A stretch of DNA of 64,000 bases from positions 19,140 to 83,139 of the forward strand of contig NW_021833119.1 of NCBI RefSeq assembly GCF_006345805.1. Direction: 5' to 3'. The first letter of the stretch is position 1, and each line of letters starts with the position of its first letter. Both the position numbers and the translations under genes were made by a program. Below the pieces are notes generated by a model, which was not told the DNA's origin, searched no databases, and was given only the letters and a program-made list of their open reading frames with translations. Shown piece after piece: positions 39,727 to 52,734 of the stretch. Origin of the DNA: Octopus sinensis (taxonomy: Eukaryota).

Positions 39727-42130
39727 CTAAGAGGAGGGGGCTGTGTTGAGTCCGTGTGGGGTTAGAGTCTGTAGAAGGAATATGAGCCTTTGCTCCAAGT
39801 GAAGCCTAGATTGTGGAGAGCCGTTGTGTGGGGCAAGACCAAACACCGAGATGTCATCGGGGGAATGGCTGGCCGAGCGGAAGTGACGTGATACGTGAGA
39901 ATTGAACCGTAGACAAACATCCCTCATGTTCGGCGAATCGGTCTGACAACCGGCGTCCCGTCTGTCCTATATACAGCATTCCACAGAGGTTGCATTTAAT
40001 GCAGTATACGAGTCCAGACGAGGTGCACGTAAAAGAATGTCTGATACGTACAGTTCGTTGGTTGGAACAGGTGACAGCAGTGGTGTTGGTGATTAAGGGG
40101 CAGGTGTTGCAGCGGGATCTGGAGCACGGGAAGGATCCGAGTGGGGCCGAGGGGGAAGAAGGGAGGGTGCTACGGACCAGGAGGTCGCGTAGATTCCGGG
40201 CTCATTTGAAGGAGGACAGGGGTGGGTTGGGGAAAATGGGGTGGGTCGTGGAATCGAGCTGGAGACGACGGAAGGCACGAGGTATCTTCCGACGAAGGGG
40301 TAGAGTAGAGGGGTGGAAAAGGAGAGGAAAGGGGGTGCGGTTGGGTGTGGGTGAGTGGAAGGAAAAGGGCGGTGGTGCGGTCGATGCGACGAGCGCGGGC
40401 GAGGGCGTTCAAGACCAGGGTAGGTGGGTATCCTCGAAGTCTGAACAGGCGGGCTAGGTATTGAGACTGGGTCTCGAAATCCTGGTCGCGGCTGCACAAG
40501 CGTCGGAGGCGGAGGAACTGGGAGTAGGGGATGGCCTGTTTGGTGTAGAAGGGATGGGAGGAGAAGTTGAGATAGAGGTGGGAATCCGTGGGTTTGAAGA
40601 AGGCGGATGTGGTGAGAGAGTGGGAGGGGTGGTCGATGCTGAGTGAGATATCAAGGAAGTTAACGGAAGTATTGGATATGGTGGGAGTGAATTGTAGAGA
40701 GGGGTGGAAGTTAGAGAGGAAAGAGATGAAGTGGCAGAGTTGTTCGCGGGAAAGGGAGGTGGCGCCTATACAGTCGTCTATGTAACGACCGTATAGTTCT
40801 GGGGTCGGCCCGGAGAATTGGGAGAATACTTGGGCCTCAATGTAGCCAACAAAGAGATTGGCGAAATTGGGGCCCATTCTCGTTCCCATCGCGATCCCAG
40901 ACAACTGTTGGTACGTTTCCCCGGCGAACGTGAAACAGTTGAGGGTTAGGACGAGTTCTGCCAGGCGGAGAACGGTGGGGGTGCCAGGGGTGGGGTCGGG
41001 ACGACGGTCGAGGAAGTGTTGGAGAGCTAGGAGACCGTCGTTGTGGGGAATTACCGTATACAGGGATTTGATGTCAAGGGAGAAGAGGAGGTGTGAGGGG
41101 CTGGAAGGGAAGGAAAAGGAATTGAAGAGACGGAGGGCGTGGTTGGGAAGGGAGGGCTTTGACTAAGGGGGACAGGATGCGGTCAAGGTATAGGGAAATG
41201 TGTTCAGTTGGGCAATTACTGGCGGAAACGATGGGGCGGCCAGGGTTATCGGGCTTATGAATTTTGGAAAGGAAATAGATGATGGAGGTGCGGGGTGTAC
41301 GGATGATGAGGTTGGTGGCGGTGGGGGGAGAGCAGAAGAGGAGATGAGTTCGCAGATGGTGGACGACACTCGCTGTTGGTAGGAAGAGGTGGGATCAGAG
41401 GGGAGGAGGCGATAGAAGAGGAGATTTTGAAGCTGGCTGAGCGCTTCCTCCCTGTAGAGATCCGCGCACCACACCACCACTGCTCCGCCTTTGTCCGCCG
41501 GTTTGATGACAATGTCATTGCGGCGACGGAGGTGGCGAAGGGCACCCAATTCAGCCTGTGTGAGGTTGTCTCGAAGAGGTCTTTTTTTAAAGTTAAACCG
41601 GTTTACCAATGCGTTGCAGTCGTTCACAAACGAATCTAGGCTACTGAATTGGCCCGGGGGCGGCGTCCAAGTTGGATGGGCGGCGCCCCAGCTCTAAAAA
41701 GCAATCTTTATTGTCGTGACGCTGCGGAGACGCGTGGAAGAAGGCGCAAAGTTTGAGGCGGCGCAGTAACTGGTTGACGTCCGTCCATGTCTCGAATTCG
41801 TCACAGTGGCGCGTGAGAGGCGTGAAGCGGAGTCCCTTACTGAGGAGAGAGCGCTCGGTAGTGGAGAGGGGGAGATTGGGGCGTATAGTGACAACAGTGC
41901 GAGGAAGCGGGGTGGTGGGATGAGTGGGGTCAGGAAGAGGGGGTGCAGAGGTGTGGGGAGGAGAGTTGGGGTGGTTCGGTGAAGATGGGGTAGGCGTAGA
42001 AAGGTCAGGGTGGGGGTGTGTGTTGTCCGTGGAGGGGGAAGGGGGAGGGGTGGAGAGAGTTGGGGGAGCTGGAGGGGAGGATGTGGAGGATGTGCAGGAG
42101 AGGGGAGGGGAAAGAGGTGAAGGGTTGAGG
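39727..42130 (-). pseudogene. Frameshifted Penelope RT + GIY-YIG endonuclease
   Basis: IVIKPADKGGAVVV, GIAMGTRMGPNFANLF, YGRYIDD, NFLDI, FKPTDSHLYL, AIPYSQFLRLRRLCS, linker PCSRSRCNTCP, GLVYCIKCNLCGMLYIGQTGRRLSDRFAEH. Confidence 0.93.
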
Positions 42131-42290
42131 AAGTGGTGGAGTTTTGTTTTTTGTGTGTATTATATATTATTATATATATTATTATATATATATATATTAT
42201 ATATATATTATATATATTATATATATATTATATATATTATATATATATATATATATTATATATATATATTATATATATTATATATAATAT

Positions 42291-42322
<32 letters not shown>

Positions 42323-42387
42323 TATATATATATATCTATATATAGATAGATATATATATATATATGCATAATATATATATATATATA

Positions 42388-43450
42388 TCTTATTATAAAA
42401 GGCAGATTTTATCTGCCTCCTTTGGGAGTTATACAAATCTACAATATAGGATTTCTTCAATTACAATTTACCTAGCAGTTTTAAGAGTACAATGCATCGC
42501 GTCATGCCAGGTCCAGTTTTTAAAATTTAAACTCCAATTAAGCAAAATTACAGAAAACTCACATTGGTGTGTGTGTCAAATGCTTTCTTAGTCTGGTTTA
42601 CACCACACGCAAACGCACACACACAGTGGGCAACGAATAAAATGAAGTAAATGTAATATTTGTTCTGTCTATCACGCTGATAGATACATGAGTAAAATGT
42701 ATGGGAAGCTAACAGATAACAGTGAGTGAAAATGTTCTTGGAAGAGAGTAAATTAGCGACAGTCATTTGAGCAAGACTAAACTGAAACTATGAAACGGTG
42801 TTTATGTATAAACAGACGACACTTATATAAACCCTTTCGTTACCAAACCGCCCGAATTTACCTATTCATATTTAAATGAGAATATCAGAGTAAATCTCTT
42901 TAGTACATTCGTGAAAACACGTATTATACTTCGTAAACACTTCAAATACAGTTTTGTACAAAAATCGAAGTGTAATTTTAATTCCGTGAATTATGGGAGA
43001 TTTTTTTCCGAAATTTGTTCCTATTGTGTTTTCAAATTTGTAATTCTGACAAAAAATGGATACGAATTTCATTATATCAAGCAGCGAGTCAGAATTCGAA
43101 GGATTTTCTACTGAAGACCTTCATAAATCTAACTCTATGACTGAAAAAAAAAAGCATCTTTATATAAGAGTGAAGTTGTGTGTCTGTCCCCTTCGATTTA
43201 CATTCGTAATTACTCCCACATTTTGCGGTGCAGTTAACCAAAAGCGGGTATCTTATAGTCGTGATTCATATCGAGCCCTTCTGGGTATTAGCGCGCGTCT
43301 ACGATGAGTCTACGATTTAAAAAAAATTTACCTTAATTTTTTTTCAATTTTTAATGCATTTTTTTTGCTATTTTTTTGGCTATAACTCTCTAAAAATGCT
43401 TATATAGTTATTTCCCTTACAACCCGAACAACGCCGGGCGATACTGCTAG
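42388..43450 (+). mobile_element. Non-autonomous Helitron (composite)
   Basis: Starts A|TC, ends with hairpin cccgaacaacgccggg then CTAG|T, with no TSD. A second TC-type start lies at ~43157. Confidence 0.8.
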
Positions 43451-43499
43451 TATATATATATATATAAATTAGAAAAAAAACCTTTAATCAATTCAAAAT

Positions 43500-43680
43500 G
43501 AAAAATTAAACATAAGGGGTCGGTTTATCGATTTTTTTAATGGCTTTCAGGGGTAACTGGAAAAGGAAAAGATCTTCATAACCACCCTTGGACGGTTTTG
43601 AATGACCATAGAAAGTTCGAGCCCTCTCACTGAAAAATTGTGGATTTGTATAAAGGATACACACACACAGACGTTTTGCC

Positions 43681-43690
<10 letters not shown>
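43500..43690 (-). mobile_element. Helitron-like 5' end fragment
   Basis: Minus strand taaacggcaaaacgtctgtgtg...ttatacaaatccacaat resembles the start of the 42388 element (ttatacaaatctacaat). Confidence 0.5.
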
Positions 43691-43724
<34 letters not shown>

Positions 43725-44106
43725 CGTGAATTTTTTGCGTAATGGGATATTACGCAAAAAATTTATATATACACACGCTAACATAGAACCAACGTTGAAC
43801 CCTTTATTCGCAATATTACCATAGCACTTATTCAGCATTACCTGACACCTTTCGGTCTCAATGACACCATTATCTCTTATAACCAATATATAAGCTACTA
43901 AATATACATTAAGTGAAAACTAAATACAACACTTTAAACTCTATACATTAAATCATATTATTAATTAATATATTTATTTAATAAACCTCCAAATACAGTC
44001 TAATACCCATTAAGCAATTAATACTAAAACCTCAAAATTAATTAATATACACAATGCTAGTACAAGCCGTACACAATAAAAAAATATTTTATTATTGTAG
44101 TTATTT

Positions 44107-44210
44107 TAACCTGATGAATGGCTATATTTATATCGAAGTGATTTTACTACTACTACTAATATTTTTACTATAATCATTTCTTAAATATAGCCACGAAACA
44201 CGTGTCGTTA
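44107..44210 (+). ncRNA. Type I hammerhead ribozyme motif with long stem II
   Basis: taac CTGATGA a tggctatattta...taaatatagcca c GAAAC acgt GTC gtta. 12-bp stem II, palindromic ACACGTGT stem III, GUC triplet. Confidence 0.85.
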
Positions 44211-44324
44211 TTCTACCAAGTATATACGTTTTAACTATTATTTTGCACATTCCTTAATCATCGGTATATTATTTTTATATTATATTTAATATTTCTATTA
44301 TATGTAATTTTCTGTTCAAAAAAA

Positions 44325-44500
44325 GTCCCAGCTGTACCATCTAAGGTGAGGACCATGTACTGTAATAGCTTGAGATTCAAGGGCCCACAGCTATTTAACA
44401 CCTTGCCAAAATATATGAGGGATCTCCATGGAGTGGTGGTAGATGTTTTCAAGAAACAACTTGACCTCCCAGATGAACCAATATCCAGACAGAAAACTCA
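44325..44500 (+). mobile_element. CR1-group LINE extreme 3' fragment
   Basis: NSLRFKGPQLFNTLP...VDVFKKQLD; similar to 25795-25885. Confidence 0.7.
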
Positions 44501-45454
44501 AAAGAGTACAGCAGTGTTGAGCTCCCTCCTTCGCCAAAAGCCAGTCACATAGAATCGGTCAGTTAAAGGGTGAAGGCTGAAACACACAATAACAGAATAT
44601 AGCGTAATATATAACTGAAAAAGACCCCGTCATGTATGACCATGGGATTGCACCTAGAAGGTTCCCTTCTGAGGTACAAGTCCGGGCAAGGTTGATTTGT
44701 AAAAGTGCAGCAGGTACCCATTTTTACGGCCTCTCCTCTCCATGCCACCGATGTTATCCAATGTAAAGGCAAAGGGTCCGATACAGCTTAGCACCAGTGA
44801 CGTCGCAACTCAATTCTACAGCTGAGTGAACTGGAGCAACGTGAAATATGTAATCGAAGACATACATTTACGTGCAAATATTCACATCTTCTTGCAAAAT
44901 ACTCTCACCCATGCTTAAATACTCACATAAATGCACACATGCAAGCATTTGTAACCTTTATGGAATTATCATTGAGGATGTCTCCACTCGGTACTACCAA
45001 ACTATGAAAGATGCTGTCTCGTAGGATAAAAGATTATATAATGAAATCCGTAGAAAGGATAACCTGCGGAGATTAATATAGGAAGCTGGAGTGATGTAGA
45101 TACATAATTCGCTGTGTTTCCGTGAAATCTTCAATAAAATATAAGCACAACAGACCAGAGATAATAATCAAGGATATAAAAGAAAATATGCCCAGCATTT
45201 GAAATCAGTTGCCTAAAAATATGTTAAGAAAATATCAAAGATTAAATGAAAGCAAAATGAAGATCCCTGCCGAACTGTTGGGAAATCTACCGGTATTCCA
45301 CCAGAGACTATCTTTAGAGCCACTTTTTCTTTTTTTTCTTTTATGTTTTTTTGGGTTTTTTTTTTGTTTTTTGCACATGACTAACTATCTCACTATCACT
45401 GTGTTTATATATACATACATATATAAGATATGCAACTATATGCATAAGAATACA

Positions 45455-45486
<32 letters not shown>

Positions 45487-46369
45487 CACACACATACATA
45501 CATACATATACACACACATACATACATACATACATACATACCCTGTTGTTGATGTTAAAATTCCAGTGAAGGAGCCTTGGATCTAGGTTAGAAACCGGTT
45601 CTTTATTGGAAAGAAATCTTGAAATAAACTGAATAATGACAAACATACGTACAAAACTGCCTCTGGGTTAATGTCTAAATTCCAATGAAAGAGTTTTGTT
45701 TCTACTTTAGAAAGCAACACTTTCTGCATTGGGGAGAGATTTGAAAGAAAAAACCAATAACGAACATAGATATATACACACGCACAGGCAGAGCCCCGTG
45801 GATACACACATGGAAATCTATAACTATATATATATATATATATAATATATCTATATAATATATATATATATATATATACATATATATATCCATGTAACAT
45901 ACATGTACTACACATGCATTCATACAAACATACGCTCACGCACACCCAAACCTACGGATAGTTATTAAATTCGAGAATTCGAGATACGATCTTCGTTTGG
46001 CTCCTGGCCAAACGAAGATCATATTTGTTTTTATTGCTTTGCTGTAGTTTTTCTTGTTATTGATCATGTTGTTGATGATATAGTTTTAAGCTTTACTTTT
46101 TATAACATCGTTAACAGGTCGAGAGTCTACACAGGGATGCAAGATCGATATACAGTGGATGAATCGAAATGAACGCTCCAGTGCTTATTACAGGTATTTA
46201 TGCATTCCAGTGATAGATCATTTACATGGTCATCCAGTATGATAGAAATAACAGCCACATGTCTCTCATATCAAACTATTATTAAGGAAATAACTGCTAG
46301 TTTTGACAATGTGTTCCCGTGATATACAACGTCTTGGTTGGGGTGATCAACAACAACAGTAACAATAAT

Positions 46370-46585
46370 CTTTTCAACTCTAGGCACAAGGCCCGAAGTT
46401 TTGGGGGAGGAGCCCAGTCGATTAGATCGACCCCCAGTATACAACTGGTACTTGATTTATCGACCCCGAAAGGATGAAAGGCAAAGTCGACCTCGGCAGA
46501 ATTTGAACTCAGAACGTACATGACGGACGAAACACCGCTAAGAATTTTGCTCGGTGTGCTAACGGTTCTGCCAGATCAGCGCGTT
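46370..46585 (-). mobile_element. Family B SINE
   Basis: Reverse complement of the 50387/50664 copies. Confidence 0.85.
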
Positions 46586-46929
46586 TACAACAGCAACAAT
46601 AATAAGTTACGGGAGCCTTTAAACACCATCTTCATCAGCTAGAAATACCAGAAAAATCCCTCTTTAATCGCATCATTTCATTTTGAAAATGTGGAAGGGC
46701 ATATCGAATGTGTCCTGTAAAACCGATTATTCCTCTAATACTCTTGTAATGTATCGTATTTGTGTTAAATATTTTATGCAGAAACACTTATCCATCTTAT
46801 GGTAGTGGGCATATGATGCCATCCTGTTTGACTCCTTTATCACACCGCTGGAGCGGAAACGTTAACAAGGAGCTGCACTGCAGAATTCAACCAGCTTGAA
46901 AGGATCTGGAGGAGCAAAACGTTATCTCT

Positions 46930-47290
46930 AAGTATCAAGACGTTTTACAATAATAATGTGCAGTCGGCTTTATGGGTAACTGATTAAAATCGCCCAAGAG
47001 AAGAGACTGGACACTTTTGACAGCAGGAGCATACGTAAAATTCTTGGCGTCAAATGGAGCGACTTCGTCACCAACCGGGAGGCGCGGCAACGAGCCAACC
47101 AGCCTCCTCTGTCTAACTTTGTGTGCAAACGCTGTCTAAGCAAGCTGGGTTCACGTAATACGATTACCACATGAAAGACTCACTCACCAAATCCTTCGGC
47201 GTTAAAAAAAAACTGTGAGAAGAGACAGAGAGAACGCACAAAAAAGATATCAAAGAAGCAATAGGAACATATCGCTGATTGAGAGAACGT
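46930..47290 (+). mobile_element. RTE-like LINE C-terminal fragment
   Basis: KRLDTFDSRSIRKILGVKWSDFVTNREARQR...KRCLSKLG. Confidence 0.75.
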
Positions 47291-47564
47291 GGAATGATGC
47301 ATTAAGCGAAACGGGGAGCCGAGGTAACTGGCACATTTTGTTAGCTTCAAGACGTGAAGACCTCTAGGCCACAGTAAATCAAAGCTCTCCACAGGAGATT
47401 CTCGTTATCTTTTCAGGCAGGTCCGGTTTCGAAGATCAGAAACCATATGTCCAGTTATTTGAGCAACAACACGCTTGACTCTTTAAACTAATGTCTAAGT
47501 AGCTGAGTATTCCGTGTATAATAACCCGTATGAGAGCTAGTGCCATCATCATCATTATTATTGT

Positions 47565-48032
47565 GTGAGAGAGCATACCATCAAAGTGATACAGGCGTAA
47601 AATATGCGAAGCCCAGTATACCCGTCTGATAAGTGTACACCAGGCACATGCCTCACAACCACTTGTGCACAACATGGTGATCTCATATCAAGATAAACAG
47701 CGAATGACCTTGCAGCTGGGACCCAGTTAGAATTTTCTTCAGGTTGATTAACCCATCCCGCTCAAAATTCCCTGAATAAGGGTTGCTTAAGGATATTGAA
47801 CACTCAGGTTTTCAAAGGTGAATTCTCTAAACCCCAAGAATTCCTCTCAACACATGGCTATGATGCTCCACGACTGCTTCTGCTGATGATCAGAGATGCA
47901 CACACTAAGGTCAAACAGCTGACAAGCAAATCTGTGGTATTGAGCAGAATATTTGCTGTCGGCCATCTTTCATACCAAGACAAAACAATGTACATGATGA
48001 CACTTCCAATCAGTAAAGATCAGAAGCCATAA
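47565..48032 (-). repeat. Second copy of the 9265-9790 repeat
   Basis: Collinear similarity with internal deletions. Confidence 0.8.
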
Positions 48033-48037
48033 AGCAA

Positions 48038-50040
48038 GTGGTAGATATGATAGGGGACGTCCACCTTGTAGATATTTGGAGAGATCATATCCCAAAAGCA
48101 CAAGGCTACACGAGGAGATGTTCAAAGCCTATTAGACAAGCAAGGATAGACTTCTTCCTGGTTTCACAGAATTTGTATTCATTTATTTGTCAGTCCTCTA
48201 TAAACGTTGGGTACAGATAAGACCATTCTATTGTAGACATCAAAATGAAATTTTCTAAAGAAGACCGTACAGCTACATATTGGAAATTTAATAACTCCCT
48301 TTTAAGAGATCCCAAATACGTCTCAGCGGTGAAGAAAACCATTAGCATCGTGGTTAAGCAATACACCCCCACTTTAGATCCTGACAGAGATACTAGTTCA
48401 GTTAATATGTCTGAGAAAATTACACCACACTGTATAATTGCGGTTATAAAGTCACTACTCATTTCAAAATTGAACAAGCTCTTCCTTACTCTCCCAAATC
48501 CACCGGGTACATTTCTCCAGGAACTAAACAAAATATCATTCTAATTCCTCTGAAGTGGAAAACAGCATAAAATTAAGAGAGCAGTGGCTTACAAGCCTGT
48601 TAAAGAAGGTGGGCTTGGTAAATTCGAAGCTTTTGCTTATGTCAGCTCTTTAAAACTATCCTGGACGAGAAAGTTGCTAGACATTCACGATGAATCTAAA
48701 TGGAAACATTTATACCATGCCTCCTCCATAAAACTGAAAAATTTGCTGAATTTGGTAACATTTTCCCGGGCAAACTCGCTTACACAATCAAGAATGATTT
48801 TTTGTATGATTGTATTTCTGCCTTTGACAAGTTTACAAATAAGATGGAGACTAATTCATTTGATTGATTCTTAACAGAACCAATTCACTTTAATAAACAC
48901 TTAAGGGTCGGTAAAGAGGTAATCTTCTTTCCTGCGTGGTTTGAGAGAGGTGTTAGCAAGATTCGTGTCTTTATCAATTTAGATGGATCTTACCGTACCC
49001 AAGAAGAATTCCAGAATTTTTAAAAACTAGATACAAATTTTCTCCAGTATAATGAGCTTATAAGGGCGATTAAAAGCTACCAAACAAAGTTTAAAATAAG
49101 CAAACCTACTGCTTTCCAACATTTAGAGGATAATACAGCTATCGGAAAGCTCATGTCTGTTAGGAAAGGAGCCAAATGATACTACTATGCTTTAAACAAT
49201 GTTGAGACTTGTTTGATATTCAAACACAAATGGCAAGAGTGTATGCTTGGTGAGCTGGAATGGGAAAACATATTTTTTCTACCTACAAAGACAACAAATA
49301 CGATGGTTCCAGTTTAAAATTATGCATAATATTTTAGCAACTAATTCTCTATTATTCAAGATTAAACTGGCTGAAAGCAACCTGTGCACTTTTTGTCAAC
49401 AGGAGGTGGAGACGGTGTCACACCTTTTCTGGTATTGTGAATGTGTACAGGTATTGTGTATGTGAATTGCCAGAAGGCAACGCTTCTTAGATTTGCTGTA
49501 TGAAAAGTGCAAGCCTGTTCGCAACATGAAACTTGACCCACAGCCCATTCGCCCATTCTATTCGGATTGAGAAAAAACACATATACTGATGGCATCTTTC
49601 ACTTGCTAATATTATAAGCAAAATTTTTTATATACAAACATTTCAGATACTTTGTGCAAGACAGATATCGAATTGGAAAAAGAAAAAACAACAGATCATA
49701 CAATGAAAACAAGCAAGAGGAATTTTATAAAAAAAGATGGAGCCTCTACCTTGAGTTTGCAAACACGTGGTGGTCCTCTAGTGTTACTTCTTGTATTTGG
49801 ATTTTATGAGTGATTGAGTGTGTGTAGTCTATTTTATTTTACTCTATTTTTTTTCTCCTTTTCCCTCTCTTCTCTTTCTTATTTATTAACACATTTTTAT
49901 TTCTGTTGCTTTCTCTTTTTCTCTTAAAAAAAAACGTCCTGTTCTCTATTTGTTTTACACAAGACTTCACGTTCTCCTGGCCATGCGGTTTCAAATTATA
50001 ACAGGGAAAACTGGAAATAAAATGTTAATCATAAAAAAAA
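48038..50040 (+). mobile_element. L1/Tx1-like LINE, internally deleted (APE C-terminus joined to post-RT region)
   Basis: LVDIWR...ARIDFFLVS...DHS, WKFNNSLL, IKSLLISKL, EGGLG, FQFKIMHNILATN, CTFCQQEVETVSHLFWYC. AATAAA and an A-tract lie near 50017-50040. Confidence 0.85.
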
Positions 50041-50386
50041 ATATTTTTAATATGCACGTTCTTAACGTTCATATATTTTTATATTTCTATCTCTTAATAT
50101 TCCGAATGTATTAGTATATGTTTTAGACAACTCTATCATATTAAATCCGTATATGTATACACCAGTCGTAGTCTGCCTGAGTTCAACCTCTTCTCTGTAT
50201 CTCTTGTACTTGTCTAACGACTCGGGTTTGACTCGAGCACTTCCATGCTTTATATCGTTTTTTTTTTAAATCATAATTATATATGTATGTATATATGTAT
50301 GCATATGTATGATTTTTTTTAATATATTTATGTGTGTGTGTGTGTGTGTTCGTGTGCGAATGTATGTATGCATATATCATATCGGA

Positions 50387-50615
50387 GGCGGCGAGCTGGC
50401 AGAAACGTTAGCGCGCCCGGCGAAATGCTTAGCAGTATTTCGTCTGCTGCTACGTTCTGAGTTCAAATTCCGCCGAGGTCGACTGTGCCTTTCATCCCTT
50501 CGGGGTCGATAAATAAAGTACCAGTTTCGCACTGGGGTCGATGTAATCGACTTAATCCCTTTGTCTGTCCTTTTTGTCCCCTCTATGTTTAGCCCCATGT
50601 GGGTAGTAAAGAAAT
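50387..50615 (+). mobile_element. Family B SINE (tRNA-derived, Nin/Deu-like central domain) with 15-bp TSD
   Basis: B-box gagttcaaattcc, central gcctttcatcccttcggggtcgataaa, and TSD atatatcatatcgga at 50372-50386 and 50616-50630. Further copies at ~6770, 7824, 21735 and 50664. Confidence 0.9.
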
Positions 50616-50831
50616 ATATATCATATCGGAGAAATCATTATGATGAATTAATATCATCATCAGGACGGCGAGTTCAAATTCCGCCGAGGTCGACTTTGCC
50701 TTTCATCCTTTCGGGATCGATAAATTAAGTACCAGTTGCGGATTGGAGTCGATCTAATCGGCTGGACCCCGCCTCCAAAATTTCGGGCCTTGTGCAAAGA
50801 GTAGAAAAGAATTAATATCAGCAGCAGCAGC

Positions 50832-50862
<31 letters not shown>

Positions 50863-51377
50863 ATAGTAATTCTTGTTATTGTCGTTGTTGTATATTGCGA
50901 ATACTTGAATTAATACAAAATACTGGTACGAGAGTGGTTGCTGTTGTTGTCCATGCTGTGATTCTACACTGAAAAACGGATGAACGGCGATAAAAACGAA
51001 CGGAAGAAACGGTGTGAGAGAGAGAGAAAGAGAGACCGACAGAGAGAGAGAGAGGGGAAAGAAGTGAGAGAGAGGGATAGAGACAGAGAGAAGGTGGAGA
51101 GAGAAGAATTGTGTTGCATAAAAGGAATTTCAGAAAATAGAGAAAAATATTCCTTAAATGCCATAAAACATTAAATAAATAAAAAAAATATTTGGATAAC
51201 ATTCAAAGATTAAAAAGGGAAAGAGGTAATGGTGTTAGCTACATTGCGAAAGAATGGGTCTTCGGAAGCAACCATGGGAAAAGGACCAAGAAAGACAAGA
51301 AAGAAGAGACGCTGCAAAATGTATCATGCAGAGGTGCATTATAGATAGGTGTTGTATATGTATACAAGTATATATAT

Positions 51378-51412
<35 letters not shown>

Positions 51413-51656
51413 TATATATATATATATATATATATATAAATCGTATATATATATTTACATATATACAAATATATTGTACCAAAGCATGGGCATCCATAGA
51501 TACGTGAATACAAGTATATGTATGTATTTGCATATATTTATAGAGAGAGAGAGATTCATATATATGTATACGTGTATGTATAAATGTATGTATGTATATA
51601 TACTGCAGAATATATATATATGTACATATATAAATGCGTGTGTGTGTGCATGTATG

Positions 51657-51695
<39 letters not shown>

Positions 51696-51959
51696 TATAT
51701 ATATACGTAAATGCAGGGGTCGTTGATGTAGCAGTTAATTTGTTTAGGCACGAAAAAGAAGCCATACTTATACATTAAGGAAAGTGTGGTATTCTAAAGA
51801 GGTTGCAGTGTCATAATGGCTGCAAAATAATAATAACGGTGAGGAGGGGGAGGAGAAGAGGAGAAGAAGAAGAAGAAGAAGAAGAAGAAGAAGAAGAAGA
51901 GCAACAACAACAACAACAACGATGACGACAACAACAAGGACAAGAACAATTTCGTGTCT

Positions 51960-52691
51960 CTAAGTTGTTCCATTCGCTTGCAGTGACGCGTTGAGTGCAG
52001 ACGAGAAGAGTGTGCTCTGCAATTTTTCTTTTACAGTCAAGATGACTAAGCGCATTGAGGAAAGATACTCGATCAAATTCTGCCAAAAACTTGGTGATAG
52101 GCAAGCGCAAACTATCGAGAAGATTTAGAACACCTTTAGAGATGATGCTATGGAATACCACAAATAAAGGAGGGGTACAACCTGTTCAAAGATGGCCGCA
52201 CCTCAGCGGGCAGTGAGCCACCCTGTGGAAGACTATCGACTAGCAAAAAAAACGAAGGTTCGAGGAGTAATCTATGAAGTCTGTCGAGTGACTATTGAGA
52301 AGATTGTTGCCGAAGTTGGAATCAGCCGTGGGTCAGTTTATTCCGCCCACGTCATCCAAACAATCCTCATCAAGCAAAACACATCACGTGTTCGTCAGGC
52401 TTCCTACTTCCCAGACTTGGCTCCGTGTGACTTTTGGCTATTCCCAAAGCTCAAAAACAAAACATTCGATGGGAGATTTGAGCCATCAATGGACATTCAG
52501 CTAAAATTCGACAGCACAGCTCTACAACATCCGAAAAAGTGATTTCTAGAAATGTTTCCAACAATAGCAGGGACGCTTGCAGAAATGTGTAGACTCTCAA
52601 AGCGAATACTTTCAAGGAGACTAATTCAATATTGTGAGTTTTCTAATATTACTTTTTGGTCAAAGGTCAGATACCTCTTGACTACACCTCG
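51960..52691 (+). mobile_element. mariner transposon remnant
   Basis: MTKRIEERYSIKFCQKLG, IVAEVGISRGSV, YFPDLAPCDFWLFPKLK. Right TIR-like end ...cacctcg. Confidence 0.85.
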
Positions 52692-52734
52692 CATACATAT
52701 ATGCGTATATATACATTATATTTATATATATATT

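Larger units (their letters stand above)
36634..42135 (-). mobile_element. Penelope-like element (Neptune-type), 5'-truncated, with expanded microsatellite in its 3' region and a terminal HHR segment
   Basis: RT and GIY-YIG at 39727-42130, a pyrimidine-rich 3' segment with a minimal HHR at 36741-36775, and (TA)n on both outer sides. Linkage across the microsatellite is inferred. Confidence 0.7.
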
